Assembly: GCA_041666545.1 (NCBI GenBank)
Contig: JBAYGS010000001.1
Span: 153,942 to 217,941 of the forward strand
Origin: Minisyncoccota bacterium
GTDB taxonomy: Bacteria > Patescibacteriota > Minisyncoccia > Phycocordibacterales > JBAYGS01
Reading direction: 5' to 3'
Length of the DNA: 64,000 nt
Every line of letters begins with the position of its first letter. Position 1 is the first letter of the stretch. Made by a program: the position numbers and the translations under genes. The notes beneath the pieces were generated by a model. The model was given only the letters and a program-made list of their open reading frames with translations, was not told where the DNA came from and did not search any database. Below are positions 38,246 to 47,404 of this stretch, piece after piece.

Positions 38246-38821
38246 TTATTTGTTACGATTCACCCACCAAGAACTATTCTTGTCGCCGAACCACCAATCG
38301 GTCGATTCCGACTTCATAATCTCCGCCGCCACATCCTCCGCCACTTTGGTCTTAAGCCGTTGCAGAGCAGAATTAATCCAATCCTTGGCCCTGGTATTAC
38401 CGATATCAACTTGCTCCTTCAAGGAAATAATCCATTCCAAATTGTCGGCATCTTTGGCCAAAATCGATTCCGGAGTTTTGCGCTCTTCATATTCATGAAT
38501 GGTCTCTAAAATATCTTTTCCGAAAGGCAAGGTATGAGTCAAATCATCCACTGCCTTAGCCTCTTTTCGTTCAACATACTTTTGGTGGACATAATTCAAA
38601 TCTGAAACTCTGGCCTCGGCCAAGTCATGAAATAGACACATTTTAATCACTTTCGAGGCGTCAACTTTGCCGTCGAGTTTCGCCAAGGTGTAGCCGATGT
38701 AAACCGCCCGATTGACATGCTCGGCCACGCTCTGATCGCCGGTACCCAAGAAATGAAAACCGCTTCTCGGTGTCTTGGACAGGATTCCTATTTCAAAGAG
38801 AAAGTTGGCGATGTTTTTCAT
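38246..38821 (-). CDS. HD-domain phosphohydrolase (YfbR-like)
   Basis: Motifs H...HD...D (AEHVNRAVYIGY...LFHDLAEARVSD). Confidence 0.7.
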   Translation of the reverse strand: MKNIANFLFEIGILSKTPRSGFHFLGTGDQSVAEHVNRAVYIGYTLAKLDGKVDASKVIKMCLFHDLAEARVSDLNYVHQKYVERKEAKAVDDLTHTLPFGKDILETIHEYEERKTPESILAKDADNLEWIISLKEQVDIGNTRAKDWINSALQRLKTKVAEDVAAEIMKSESTDWWFGDKNSSWWVNRNK

Positions 38822-38850
38822 AAGCTTAGGAAAGATGGCTAAATAGATTT

Positions 38851-39468
38851 CTAGTATATCAGAGGCACAAAACTAAATCCCGGAAACTCCTCGGTCTCGA
38901 TTTCGGTCTCGGAAGTCTTTCTGATTTGCACGAGTTCATGGTTGACCGGCATTACCATTATCCCGCCAATCTTAAGCTGATTTAGCAGTTCCTCGGAGAT
39001 TAACTCAGCCTCGGCCGAAACCAGAATCCGATTATAAGGTGCCTCTTCCGGGAAACCAATCTCAAGATCCTTGCCGCTTATGATTTTAGCCTGAGGCAAT
39101 TTATACTTGGCCAAATTGGTTTGGCCGAATTTTACCAATTCCGGCACAATTTCCACACCGATTACCTTTCCGGATTTGCCAACGACGTGAGAGAGCAACG
39201 CCGTAGAGAAGCCGGAGCCCGAACCAACATCCAAGACCCAATCACCATTTTTAGGCTCCAGAAGCTCCAACATAAAAGCGACCGTCGACGGTTGAGACAT
39301 AGTCTGTCCAAAACCCAGTGGCAAGGCGTAATCCTCGTAGGCTTCGATCTGATAATCTGCCGGCACAAAATCGGCTCGGTCAATCGCCCGAAAAGCTTTC
39401 TCAATGGCTTCATTCTGAAATACCTTAGTCCCCTCTTTTAGATGAGTCAGAAACTGTTCTTTATCCAT
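38851..39468 (-). CDS. pcm: protein-L-isoaspartate O-methyltransferase
   Basis: SAM motif VLDVGSGSGFSTALLS and Pcm N-terminal region. Confidence 0.85.
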   Translation of the reverse strand: MDKEQFLTHLKEGTKVFQNEAIEKAFRAIDRADFVPADYQIEAYEDYALPLGFGQTMSQPSTVAFMLELLEPKNGDWVLDVGSGSGFSTALLSHVVGKSGKVIGVEIVPELVKFGQTNLAKYKLPQAKIISGKDLEIGFPEEAPYNRILVSAEAELISEELLNQLKIGGIMVMPVNHELVQIRKTSETEIETEEFPGFSFVPLIY

Positions 39469-39477
39469 TTTAATTAT

Positions 39478-39777
39478 TCAAACAAATTTAAATTTTTCCG
39501 CTTTTAAAATTCGCCTTTTACGAGCCGGGCCGCGGTTGTAACCCCCGAGCGTGCCGTCGCTCTTTATCACTCGATGACAAGGGATGTGTGGATCGAAATT
39601 GGTTTTTAAAATCGATCCCACAGCACGACACCAGAGCGGATGCCCAGACAACTTGGCGACCTGCTGGTAGGTCATAACTTGGCCAGCCGGAATTTTGGCG
39701 ACCACCCTTAGAACTTGAGATCTAAAAGAGGGTTTTCCCTTCACCGACTTCTTTGACTTTGGCTTTTTTCGCTTCAT
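39478..39777 (-). CDS. ogt: methylated-DNA--protein-cysteine methyltransferase, DNA-binding/catalytic domain only
   Basis: PCHRVI active-site motif. Start at MKRKKPKSKK (39777) overlaps the upstream nuclease 3' end by ~55 nt. Confidence 0.75.
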   Translation of the reverse strand: MKRKKPKSKKSVKGKPSFRSQVLRVVAKIPAGQVMTYQQVAKLSGHPLWCRAVGSILKTNFDPHIPCHRVIKSDGTLGGYNRGPARKRRILKAEKFKFV

Positions 39778-40533
39778 TAGCTTTATATAATTCTCTAATT
39801 GAAAGTCCGACCGCCTCGCGATAAGGACAAAACTCACAGTCAGCGCCGGCCTTCGGAAGTTCGGCCGAGTCCAAACACTCCTTAATTTTGAGCAAGATGC
39901 CGTCTACCCAATCGGTTTTGCCGAGGTGAGGGATCAAAGTGATATCGAAATCCAATCGACCATCAAACGCCTCCCGATCCTTTTTGCCGTTTACATAAAC
40001 AAAATAACCGGTATCAGAAACCTTAAAACCCATGTTCCTCAAGAGCCACTGATAAATTTCCATTTGCCTCTTGTATTGAGCCTCCCACTTAGTATCCGAC
40101 AAAGCGTCCATTTTGCCGTCTTTGGCGGTCGCTTTGTAATCAACCACAATGAGCTCCTTAGCCGGATTAACCCAGAGATCGTCAATCGCACCAGAGACGG
40201 TAAAACCGGTCGGCTGGTGATAAAAAGACAGGCCTTGGAAATTATCGCGCCACAGATCAATATCTTTATGCTGAAACGGTACCGCCTCAACCCCATAGCG
40301 CTTCAAGAGTGGATGCTGGGTCGCTTTCGCACGGTGAATGTCAAACTCTTTTTTCAGAAGTGCATCGACGGCAAGATTCAGAGTGAAAGACGGCCCCCTT
40401 GGACGAGAAACGCCGATTTTGTTATCTAAATAAAAGCACCTCTCACACTCGGTAAAGAGGTCAATTTTTGACCGCGATAAACGCCACCTTTCCCCGCCAT
40501 AATTCCAATTGGCGCTCCTTTTGGTCTTTTTTT
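39722..40533 (-). CDS. PD-(D/E)XK nuclease with a Cas4/AddB-like Fe-S cysteine cluster
   Basis: One N-terminal Cys (FTECERCFYLD) and three C-terminal Cys (C...CEFCPY). Motif IVVDYKA is present. The true start is the ATG at 40533 (MAYEKK); the longer ORF-track start overlaps the upstream gene. Confidence 0.6.
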
Positions 40534-40631
40534 CGTAGGCCATGCAATCAGTATAAGGTATAAAGTTGAAAGTATAAAGTATGGGACTTTGGGCATTTAA
40601 AAACCGCCAGCGAACCGGCGGTTTGGAATAT

Positions 40632-41417
40632 TTAGAATCTTTTTCTCTTGGCCAGCCAGGAAATCCGTTTGCGATTGTTTTTGGCCCACTCCAAAAGATC
40701 TGAGGTTTCACCAATCTGACTGGACTCACCACGAATTTCACTAAGCTCCGGGTGCGTCTTGAGCTTTCGTTCGACGCGCCGAAGGATTGCGCCAACATTG
40801 CTGCCGGTCACCCCGAACTTTTGTCCAATTTCCGCCATGGTCACATCGCCGAAATAGTACAACTGGAACATTTGAGCACTCCGCCAGTCAAAATGCTTTT
40901 TGATAAAAGCTGAGACGATTTCCCACTTTTCATTGTTAGTGGCCTCTTCGGCCGGAGACGGGGGCGCCTCGAGTTGATGCGCAAAATGACCTTGCGCGAG
41001 TTCAAGCAACTGGCTTGGTGATACCTTTCGATCAATCACTATCAATCGAGCCCGACCAAGAAACAACTCACTACGAACTTCTTCAGGGAAAAGCTCGTCA
41101 ATCGTTTGGCCAGTGAGCTTCATCAGCTTCTCCTCCAAAATTCCAGCCTTCCTGGCAACAGCCTTACGACTAGCCCGATGTTTGGAAAAAACTAGTGGTG
41201 GCAGGCGCTTCATTGCCAAAACCTCATAGAGCACTCCTTTTTGAAGTCCAAGAAATTCCGCCGCTTGCCCTACAGTCCAGCCCCGCTTTCTAATCGCGTT
41301 ATAGAGAGCGCCGTGCTTCATCCTGGCGACAATGGTGATATCAAAACCGGACTTTTCGAGATCACCCACAGCCCCTCCTTGAGACGGGTCATAGACTGGG
41401 TCAAACAAAGTTGTCAT
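40632..41417 (-). CDS. sigma-70 region-4-like HTH protein with an additional N-terminal HTH
   Basis: C-terminal MFQLYYFGDVTMAEIGQKFGVTGSNVGAILRRVERKL matches sigma region 4.2. No region 2 was recognised. Confidence 0.5.
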   Translation of the reverse strand: MTTLFDPVYDPSQGGAVGDLEKSGFDITIVARMKHGALYNAIRKRGWTVGQAAEFLGLQKGVLYEVLAMKRLPPLVFSKHRASRKAVARKAGILEEKLMKLTGQTIDELFPEEVRSELFLGRARLIVIDRKVSPSQLLELAQGHFAHQLEAPPSPAEEATNNEKWEIVSAFIKKHFDWRSAQMFQLYYFGDVTMAEIGQKFGVTGSNVGAILRRVERKLKTHPELSEIRGESSQIGETSDLLEWAKNNRKRISWLAKRKRF

Positions 41418-41483
41418 TTAGTTCCTTTTTGATGATTCTGTTCTTTCCTGACACTAACACAGATATACAACAAAAGCAACAGA

Positions 41484-41524
41484 AAACCGCCCTTCACCTG
41501 CGACAGGTGAAGGGCGGTTTTAAA
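41484..41524. terminator. bidirectional terminator
   Basis: aaaaccgcccttcacctgcgacaggtgaagggcggtttta. Confidence 0.75.
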
Positions 41525-41528
41525 TCTT

Positions 41529-42017
41529 TTATTCAGCTAGAGTATTGAAGATGGCCCAAACCGGCTGGCCAACATCATCGATTAATGGCAAATCTTTTTT
41601 AGGATCAAAGGCTCGATCTCCGTCTTCGGTATGGATCATGGCATAATAAGTTTTGGCCGGCAACATACCGCGCAAAAGCTCTACTGAACCGGAGTGCTCA
41701 CCGGCTTCGAAAAGCTGCGCCCCCAAAATGTTTCCTGGTGCGCCGTTATTGTCTTCATGAATCGCCACCCAAGAAGTCTTCTCGACTTTCACCGAATCAA
41801 TGCTCGCAGAAATCCCTGCAACCTGGTCGCCGACCACAATTGAATTGCCGGTAATTTCTAGACCGGTTTTATTTTCAACCTTGCCGGAAGTTTTGTCACC
41901 AACGATTGCGACTCCGGCTGGAGATTTAGTGAGCCACAACCAGGCACTGCCAAAGCCGACCAAGAAGGCGACTACTGCGATGACCACATACTTACCGTTT
42001 GATTTCTTCTCGTCCAT
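41529..42017 (-). CDS. hypothetical secreted or membrane-anchored protein
   Basis: N-terminal TM helix. No recognised family. Confidence 0.45.
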   Translation of the reverse strand: MDEKKSNGKYVVIAVVAFLVGFGSAWLWLTKSPAGVAIVGDKTSGKVENKTGLEITGNSIVVGDQVAGISASIDSVKVEKTSWVAIHEDNNGAPGNILGAQLFEAGEHSGSVELLRGMLPAKTYYAMIHTEDGDRAFDPKKDLPLIDDVGQPVWAIFNTLAE

Positions 42018-42162
42018 ATTTCTTAATAAGTTAAATTATATAGCTACAGTCTAGCTAAAATTACCCCAATGTAAACCCACAGAGTTTATTGGAAACCAAA
42101 AAAGCCAGCCGTCAATCCTTGAGAGCTTTCAAACACCAAACTGCCCCCAAAAACCCTTGATT

Positions 42163-43017
42163 TTAGGCCAGATGTGTCGGCAGAGCCGGTCGCTCGGAAC
42201 GACACAACATCTCGGCCTCGGCTAAAACCTTTTCGACCTCGAGATCAGAAAACCCAAGCGATGACAATACTTCAGGTTTACCGGCAACATCTCGGCAAAG
42301 CACTAAACCGTTGCCCAACAAAATATCTTTTTCACTTTTCGTGAGATGAGTCATACAAGTAATCGGGTGCAAACCGGAAGCTTCAACCATGTCTTGCAAA
42401 TTACCTTTGGACGGATAGTTCCAACCGACAACTTTCAAACCAATACACTTGGCATACTGAATCGCACTACTTGAGAATTTGGTATTAGTAATCAACCAAA
42501 AATCATCCATCTTTCGCTTGTGACCATAATTAAATTCCGCATTACTCAAATCATCTTTTCGGGATTTGATGTAGAGAGCCACTTTGGCATCAGTCTTCGT
42601 ACCGGGTTCATTATGAAATTTAGCTTCAATCATTATCAGCTTCTCATTGTTATAGGCCACCACATCAAGCTCATGAGTGATGCAGTGCCCGCTTACAATT
42701 TGGTCAGTAAGCGCGGTATAGCCGTGCTCAATCATCAAATCGGCCAAGAATTTTTCAAAAGGAAATCCGGACGGCCCGAAACTCAAAAGGGCCCGTCTTA
42801 AAGAATAGCGGGAAGCAATCGGTCGTTCATATTTTTTTAGCAAATCAAAAGCCAGCCGGTAAAGCTCGCTGGTTGTCATGCCATGCTTCAGCCTGGGCTT
42901 AATTTGGACAACAATCTTGTCGATAAGAGCATCCGGCGCGCCGGCGCGTGTCAAAGAATTGCGAAACTTGCCTTCATCAAACACTTCCCTTTCACCGTCC
43001 GCTTTGATTAAATCCAT
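42163..43017 (-). CDS. ATP-cone domain fused to an Mrr-like restriction endonuclease domain
   Basis: N-terminus MDLIKADGEREVFDEGKFRNSL...SELYRLAFDLL fits the ATP-cone. C-terminus ELDVVAYNNEKLIMIEAKFH fits the Mrr_cat PD-(D/E)XK core. Confidence 0.6.
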   Translation of the reverse strand: MDLIKADGEREVFDEGKFRNSLTRAGAPDALIDKIVVQIKPRLKHGMTTSELYRLAFDLLKKYERPIASRYSLRRALLSFGPSGFPFEKFLADLMIEHGYTALTDQIVSGHCITHELDVVAYNNEKLIMIEAKFHNEPGTKTDAKVALYIKSRKDDLSNAEFNYGHKRKMDDFWLITNTKFSSSAIQYAKCIGLKVVGWNYPSKGNLQDMVEASGLHPITCMTHLTKSEKDILLGNGLVLCRDVAGKPEVLSSLGFSDLEVEKVLAEAEMLCRSERPALPTHLA

Positions 43018-43070
43018 GATATTAAATTAAAATGTAAATCTCAAAAATTAAAAATCGGGAGATTATTTTT

Positions 43071-43106
43071 ATAATACCATATACCTAATACCATATACTA
43101 TCTACC
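43071..43106 (-). promoter_or_regulatory. conserved promoter-like motif, copy B (inverted; contains ATAGTATATGGTATT twice, partially)
   Basis: The reverse complement is ggtagatagtatatggtattaggtatatggtattat. It lies ~55 nt upstream of the ATP-cone/Mrr gene start. Confidence 0.45.
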
Positions 43107-44293
43107 TAGTTTACAACTCCGCCACCGAGGCATTCATTATTTTTGTAAAATACCACCGATTGGCCCGAGGCCACAAGCTGCGGCAGCGAAAAATGAATAA
43201 CGGCTTTCGTACCACTAAGTTTGGAAATCTCTGCGCCTATCATTTCACCGTGATACCTGATTTGCACTTCGCACTTAACAGAATCTTTCGGTGGTTTTGA
43301 GATCCAGTTTACTTTCGATAGTCGGTACTCTTGTTTGGGTCCAACTTCAGTATCTTTTGGATTGTTGGAGACCGTAATGGTGTTATTTCTCAAATTTTTG
43401 GTGACGACATACAACCTCTCGCTCTCGGGAGTTTTCTTAGAAATCTGGAAACCGTGTCTTTCTCCAAGAGTGTAAAAAACGACACCATCATGAGAACCGA
43501 TTACTTCACCTTTGACATTCAAGGCTTTTCCGGGTTTCTCTTTGATAAATCTTTTGAGAAAATCCTTCATATCCACCCTCCCAATAAAACAAAGTCCTTG
43601 ACTGTCTTTCTTGGTTGCCGTGATTAAGTCAAACTTTTCTGCCAATTTTCTAACTTCACTTTTCTGTAAATGACCGATTGGGAAAAGTGTTTTAGCCAAT
43701 TGCTTCTGCGTCAATGTCCACAAAAAATAGCTTTGCTCCTTAGCTGTATCCTCGGCAGTGAGTAGTGAGTGGTGGGTAGCGAGTAGTTTAGAATTTTTCT
43801 TTCCAGTTTTGTTTGGAGCTTGGATATTGGAATTTGGAATTTCCCGAGTCACGCTCGGAGCGACTCGAGCGTAGTGTCCCGTCGCCACATAATCTGCACC
43901 CTGCTTCATCGCCCAGTTGAAAAAGGCACCAAATTTTATTTGCTGGTTGCACATCACATCAGGATTCGGGGTTCGACCAGCTTTGTATTCTCGAATCATA
44001 CAATCAACCACTTCCCTTTTATATTCCTTTTCCAAATCCAAGGTTTTGAAAGGAATTCTTAATTTAGCGCAAACCCGCATCGCATCAAGTCGATCTTCTT
44101 TCCAGGTACACCTTATGAAATCCGGCGACCAGACTTTGATGAAAACTCCGGTCACGTCAAAACCGGCCTTTTTGAGTAAGGCGGCCGAAACGGACGAGTC
44201 AACCCCGCCGGAAAGGCCGACACAGACAGACGATCGAGAACATTTGACATTTGACCTTGGACCTTTGACTTTCATAGATACGCATGGTATCAC
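43106..44293 (-). CDS. mnmA: tRNA-specific 2-thiouridylase
   Basis: PP-loop SGGVDSSV, catalytic cysteines and the MnmA C-terminal domain. A ~45 aa low-complexity insertion sits mid-protein. Confidence 0.85.
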   Translation of the reverse strand: MIPCVSMKVKGPRSNVKCSRSSVCVGLSGGVDSSVSAALLKKAGFDVTGVFIKVWSPDFIRCTWKEDRLDAMRVCAKLRIPFKTLDLEKEYKREVVDCMIREYKAGRTPNPDVMCNQQIKFGAFFNWAMKQGADYVATGHYARVAPSVTREIPNSNIQAPNKTGKKNSKLLATHHSLLTAEDTAKEQSYFLWTLTQKQLAKTLFPIGHLQKSEVRKLAEKFDLITATKKDSQGLCFIGRVDMKDFLKRFIKEKPGKALNVKGEVIGSHDGVVFYTLGERHGFQISKKTPESERLYVVTKNLRNNTITVSNNPKDTEVGPKQEYRLSKVNWISKPPKDSVKCEVQIRYHGEMIGAEISKLSGTKAVIHFSLPQLVASGQSVVFYKNNECLGGGVVN

Positions 44294-44327
44294 TTTAGAT
44301 AGAAAACCTCAACTGAAGAGGCTCTTT

Positions 44328-44501
44328 ATGAAACTGAGAAAAGCAGTTCGAGCAGTTATTATCTCCGGAAGTGCAATGGTTATTGCCATTATTTTCGCAA
44401 GACAAGGTGGAATATCAATAGAAGGGGCAGTCGGCTTTTCCGCCCTGACGGTCGCCATCTGTTATGAAGTCAGTTTTGAAATCGACCCGTCCAAACCGTA
44501 G
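44328..44501 (+). CDS. possible small membrane protein (57 aa)
   Basis: The ATG has a gaagagg RBS. Product MKLRKAVRAVIISGSAMVIAIIFARQGG... contains a hydrophobic helix. Confidence 0.25.
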   Translation: MKLRKAVRAVIISGSAMVIAIIFARQGGISIEGAVGFSALTVAICYEVSFEIDPSKP

Positions 44502-44524
44502 AGACCGCAACCCCAATAGAGACA

Positions 44525-44752
44525 ATGAGAAAAAGACCCCAAGCACTTGCGAACCTCAAGTGGCTAATCCGCGACAGTATCCTGAATTTTGACACACTGC
44601 AGAGATTCGATTGCGCTGATGCCCTGAAGAGGGATCGTGGCCGGAGACTAATCCTCAGCCTTCTCAGCGACGCTAAAATCAAGATAACCCAGGGCCAGCT
44701 TAACCGCTTAGCCAAATCTCTTCAGAAATATTACCGGAAAAAGTATCCCTGA
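44525..44752 (+). CDS. possible small basic protein (75 aa)
   Basis: The ORF is followed by a strong terminator at 44770. No recognised family. Confidence 0.3.
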   Translation: MRKRPQALANLKWLIRDSILNFDTLQRFDCADALKRDRGRRLILSLLSDAKIKITQGQLNRLAKSLQKYYRKKYP

Positions 44753-44769
44753 ATAGCCCCCACCCACCC

Positions 44770-44797
44770 ACCGAGCGCGCCCCGCGCTCGGTTTTTA
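44770..44797 (+). terminator. rho-independent terminator
   Basis: ccgagcgcgccccgcgctcggttttt. Confidence 0.75.
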
Positions 44798-44817
44798 ATT
44801 TTCCCCACCCATTCCCC

Positions 44818-44857
44818 ACATACACTACAATTTCCGTACGGAAATTGTAGTGTATGT
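44818..44857. repeat. perfect 40 bp palindrome
   Basis: acatacactacaatttccgt|acggaaattgtagtgtatgt. It lies between the terminator and the mltG 3' end. Confidence 0.7.
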
Positions 44858-44907
44858 TGGATTTTCAATTCTTGATTCCTAAATCCTAATTCATGATTCC
44901 AAAACCT

Positions 44908-45909
44908 CTACTTCAGGTAGAGGTTTTTGTTGGCTACATGCTCATCGTGCGTCACGGCATAATGCATCACGCCGTCTTTGTCAGTAAGATAATAGTAATA
45001 CTTGGTGGCAACTGGATTGATAGTCGCCTTAATCGCATCAAGGCCGGGGTTTGCGATTGGACCTGGTGGCAGACCTTTATATAAATAGGTATTGTAGGGT
45101 GAATCAATTTTTAAATCGTCCAAATAAACTTTTGGCAAAGCCTGACCATTGATATAAGAGAAGGGCGCGTCAACTTGGAGCAACATCCCCTCTTTTAAGC
45201 GCTTCCATAAAATTCCGGCAATAGTTTGCCTAGTTTCCATAATCCTCGCCTCTTCTTCAATGATTGAGGCCATTATTATCACATCATTAAGTGGTTTGCC
45301 GAATTTTTGGATTTGATCAGTAATTGAAATAATTTGCTTATCGAAATTGTCCGACATTGCTGAAATAATTTCCGCACCTGAAACATTTGGTAAAAACCAG
45401 TAAGTGTCCGGAAAAAGATAGCCCTCCTTGCTTTTAGCTAAATTCAGAAATTCCTTAGAATTAAAACGCGGCAGGTTCACGGAAAATATTTTTGCCACTT
45501 CAAGATTGGACAGGCCTTCGGGAATCGTGACTTTAATCTGCTTCAAGTTGTAAACTCCGCGCGCAATTCGGTCAGCCACCACAAAAATATTTTGCGGTAT
45601 ATCAAAATTGTAATCCCCCGCTTGTGCACCGCGACTTCCGCCAGAAATCACCACCAATCCTTTAAACCAAAACTCTGAACGAATAATATGTGCGGCTTTC
45701 AAAGTTTTAGCAATCGAAGATAGACCTTGCCCCTTAGAAACCGCAATCAAAGTACTTTTGGGGAAATTGGCCGGTGCCTGCCACCAGGTAGCCGCTACAA
45801 AGCCGATTATAAGCGCCACACCAAAAGCCATAATCCGCCTCCGTGATTTCGTACCACGCAGACCGGACCGCGCATAATCCGGCAATTTTTTTTCGACAAA
45901 CAAATCCAT
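44908..45909 (-). CDS. mltG: endolytic murein transglycosylase MltG (YceG family)
   Basis: N-terminal TM helix and YceG-like domain (NIFVVADRIARG..., PYNTYLYKGLPPGPIANPG). Confidence 0.85.
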   Translation of the reverse strand: MDLFVEKKLPDYARSGLRGTKSRRRIMAFGVALIIGFVAATWWQAPANFPKSTLIAVSKGQGLSSIAKTLKAAHIIRSEFWFKGLVVISGGSRGAQAGDYNFDIPQNIFVVADRIARGVYNLKQIKVTIPEGLSNLEVAKIFSVNLPRFNSKEFLNLAKSKEGYLFPDTYWFLPNVSGAEIISAMSDNFDKQIISITDQIQKFGKPLNDVIIMASIIEEEARIMETRQTIAGILWKRLKEGMLLQVDAPFSYINGQALPKVYLDDLKIDSPYNTYLYKGLPPGPIANPGLDAIKATINPVATKYYYYLTDKDGVMHYAVTHDEHVANKNLYLK

Positions 45910-45921
45910 AGGAACCGTAGA

Positions 45922-47268
45922 CTAGGTTGGCAAATTAGATGGCGGTTCAGACTTTTTGGACATAATTCGGGCAAAGGTTGGGGTCGCCGCCACACCACCT
46001 GGGAAGTGGTAGATGGTCGCAATCTCCTCGGTTGTCAGGATAAACGGTTTATTACGATAATTTTTGTACGGTGGCTGGAAGAAAGCCCGGCGGCGGTAAG
46101 CGTCGAGGTAATGCCTCTCCAGACGCGTACGGCGCACTCGCCCCGGGTCGAGCCACCAATAGTCATAGTCGGTAAATTTACCGAGTTTGAATCCGTTGAA
46201 AAAGTTTGAGCTATATTGGCGAACACTGCCGATCAGGCCAGAAATGCCACCCGCATCAAATTCACTTGGGTCCCAGAAAAACATGCCTCGCATCATCGTG
46301 TCGAATGGGAACTTACCCAAACTTCTTTCAATCGAACCGATTTGTTCAATTTGACCCTTGGTCGGATTAGGAAAAGCTGTCACATCAGGGCCACGATCCG
46401 GAGTCGCCTCTTTTCTAATCTCCTCAATTTTGGATTTCGCTTCCTTCACCCAATCTCGCCCAAAACTAAAAGTGGCGTCGTCAGTAAAGGTGCTCTTGCG
46501 GTGAGCTTGAATCAGAATTTGAATCCAGGCCATTTGACCCTTTTTTAAGGAACCTAAATATTCCAAAACTGAAGTAATCGGGTCAATTTTAAATTCTTCC
46601 TTCGGGTCTTTATCCAAACCGTAGTCAACATAAGTCTTGATCGGAAAAACATCATCCTTGGTCAACTTGTAATGAGTCGCCCAAAATGGATATCGTGAAA
46701 TGTCATAAGGTATGCCAGCGGCATAATCTGGCACTTCATAAATCTCAACATTTGGATATTGAGCATAAATCTGCGCCTCAATAATGTTTCGCCACTTAAG
46801 TTGAGTCCAAATGAAAAAATGGACTTCGCCATCGAAAGAGGCCAACTCGAGCGAAAACCAGGGGCGCACCTTACCCTTCCAAAAAGTGTCAACATAACTC
46901 GAAGAGCCGGTCTGAAAAAGCGCAGTCAAAAAAATCTCCATCGCGAGTGGTGACTTGTTAGTCTCTTTAGGAATTTTTAGCTCCAAAAGCACCGAACCTT
47001 GCTTCCGAATAAAGTCAGAGCGGATATAGTCAAACCAGACTTTCCAAAAAATACGCAAAAGGATAAGGGGCACATAAACCGGAGCTAACGCCAAAATTAG
47101 CTGCCAACTTGGAGCAAAATACTCCGGATGAAATTGGAAAGCTTTTTGCCACCACCAAATAAGCCCAACCACGCTTAAAGCAAAAAAGAAACTGCGGAAG
47201 TACCTCTCTCGCTCCAAGGTTGCGAGCGCATAAAAGAGATCGAGGAATTTGATCAAAAGATCCTTCAT
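45922..47268 (-). CDS. hypothetical membrane-anchored protein (448 aa)
   Basis: Two N-terminal TM helices and a large Trp/Tyr-rich soluble domain. No recognised family. Confidence 0.5.
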   Translation of the reverse strand: MKDLLIKFLDLFYALATLERERYFRSFFFALSVVGLIWWWQKAFQFHPEYFAPSWQLILALAPVYVPLILLRIFWKVWFDYIRSDFIRKQGSVLLELKIPKETNKSPLAMEIFLTALFQTGSSSYVDTFWKGKVRPWFSLELASFDGEVHFFIWTQLKWRNIIEAQIYAQYPNVEIYEVPDYAAGIPYDISRYPFWATHYKLTKDDVFPIKTYVDYGLDKDPKEEFKIDPITSVLEYLGSLKKGQMAWIQILIQAHRKSTFTDDATFSFGRDWVKEAKSKIEEIRKEATPDRGPDVTAFPNPTKGQIEQIGSIERSLGKFPFDTMMRGMFFWDPSEFDAGGISGLIGSVRQYSSNFFNGFKLGKFTDYDYWWLDPGRVRRTRLERHYLDAYRRRAFFQPPYKNYRNKPFILTTEEIATIYHFPGGVAATPTFARIMSKKSEPPSNLPT

Positions 47269-47352
47269 TCCCTATATCATACCCCACTCTTTGGTTTGTT
47301 TCTAGCCATCTTTGGGGAAAGATTTATCTAGGATAGCTAAACGAATGCCCTT

Positions 47353-47386
47353 AAAAGCCAAAACCCCTTCCGGGGTTTTGGCTTTT
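47353..47386. terminator. bidirectional terminator
   Basis: aaaagccaaaaccccttccggggttttggctttt. Confidence 0.8.
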
Positions 47387-47404
47387 CAAATCTTTGATTT
47401 AGAT

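Noticed and set aside
43917-44501. 194-aa plus-strand ORF
   Set aside because: Most of it is antisense to the well-supported mnmA. Only the last 57 codons (44328..44501), beyond the mnmA start, are retained as a low-confidence small ORF.
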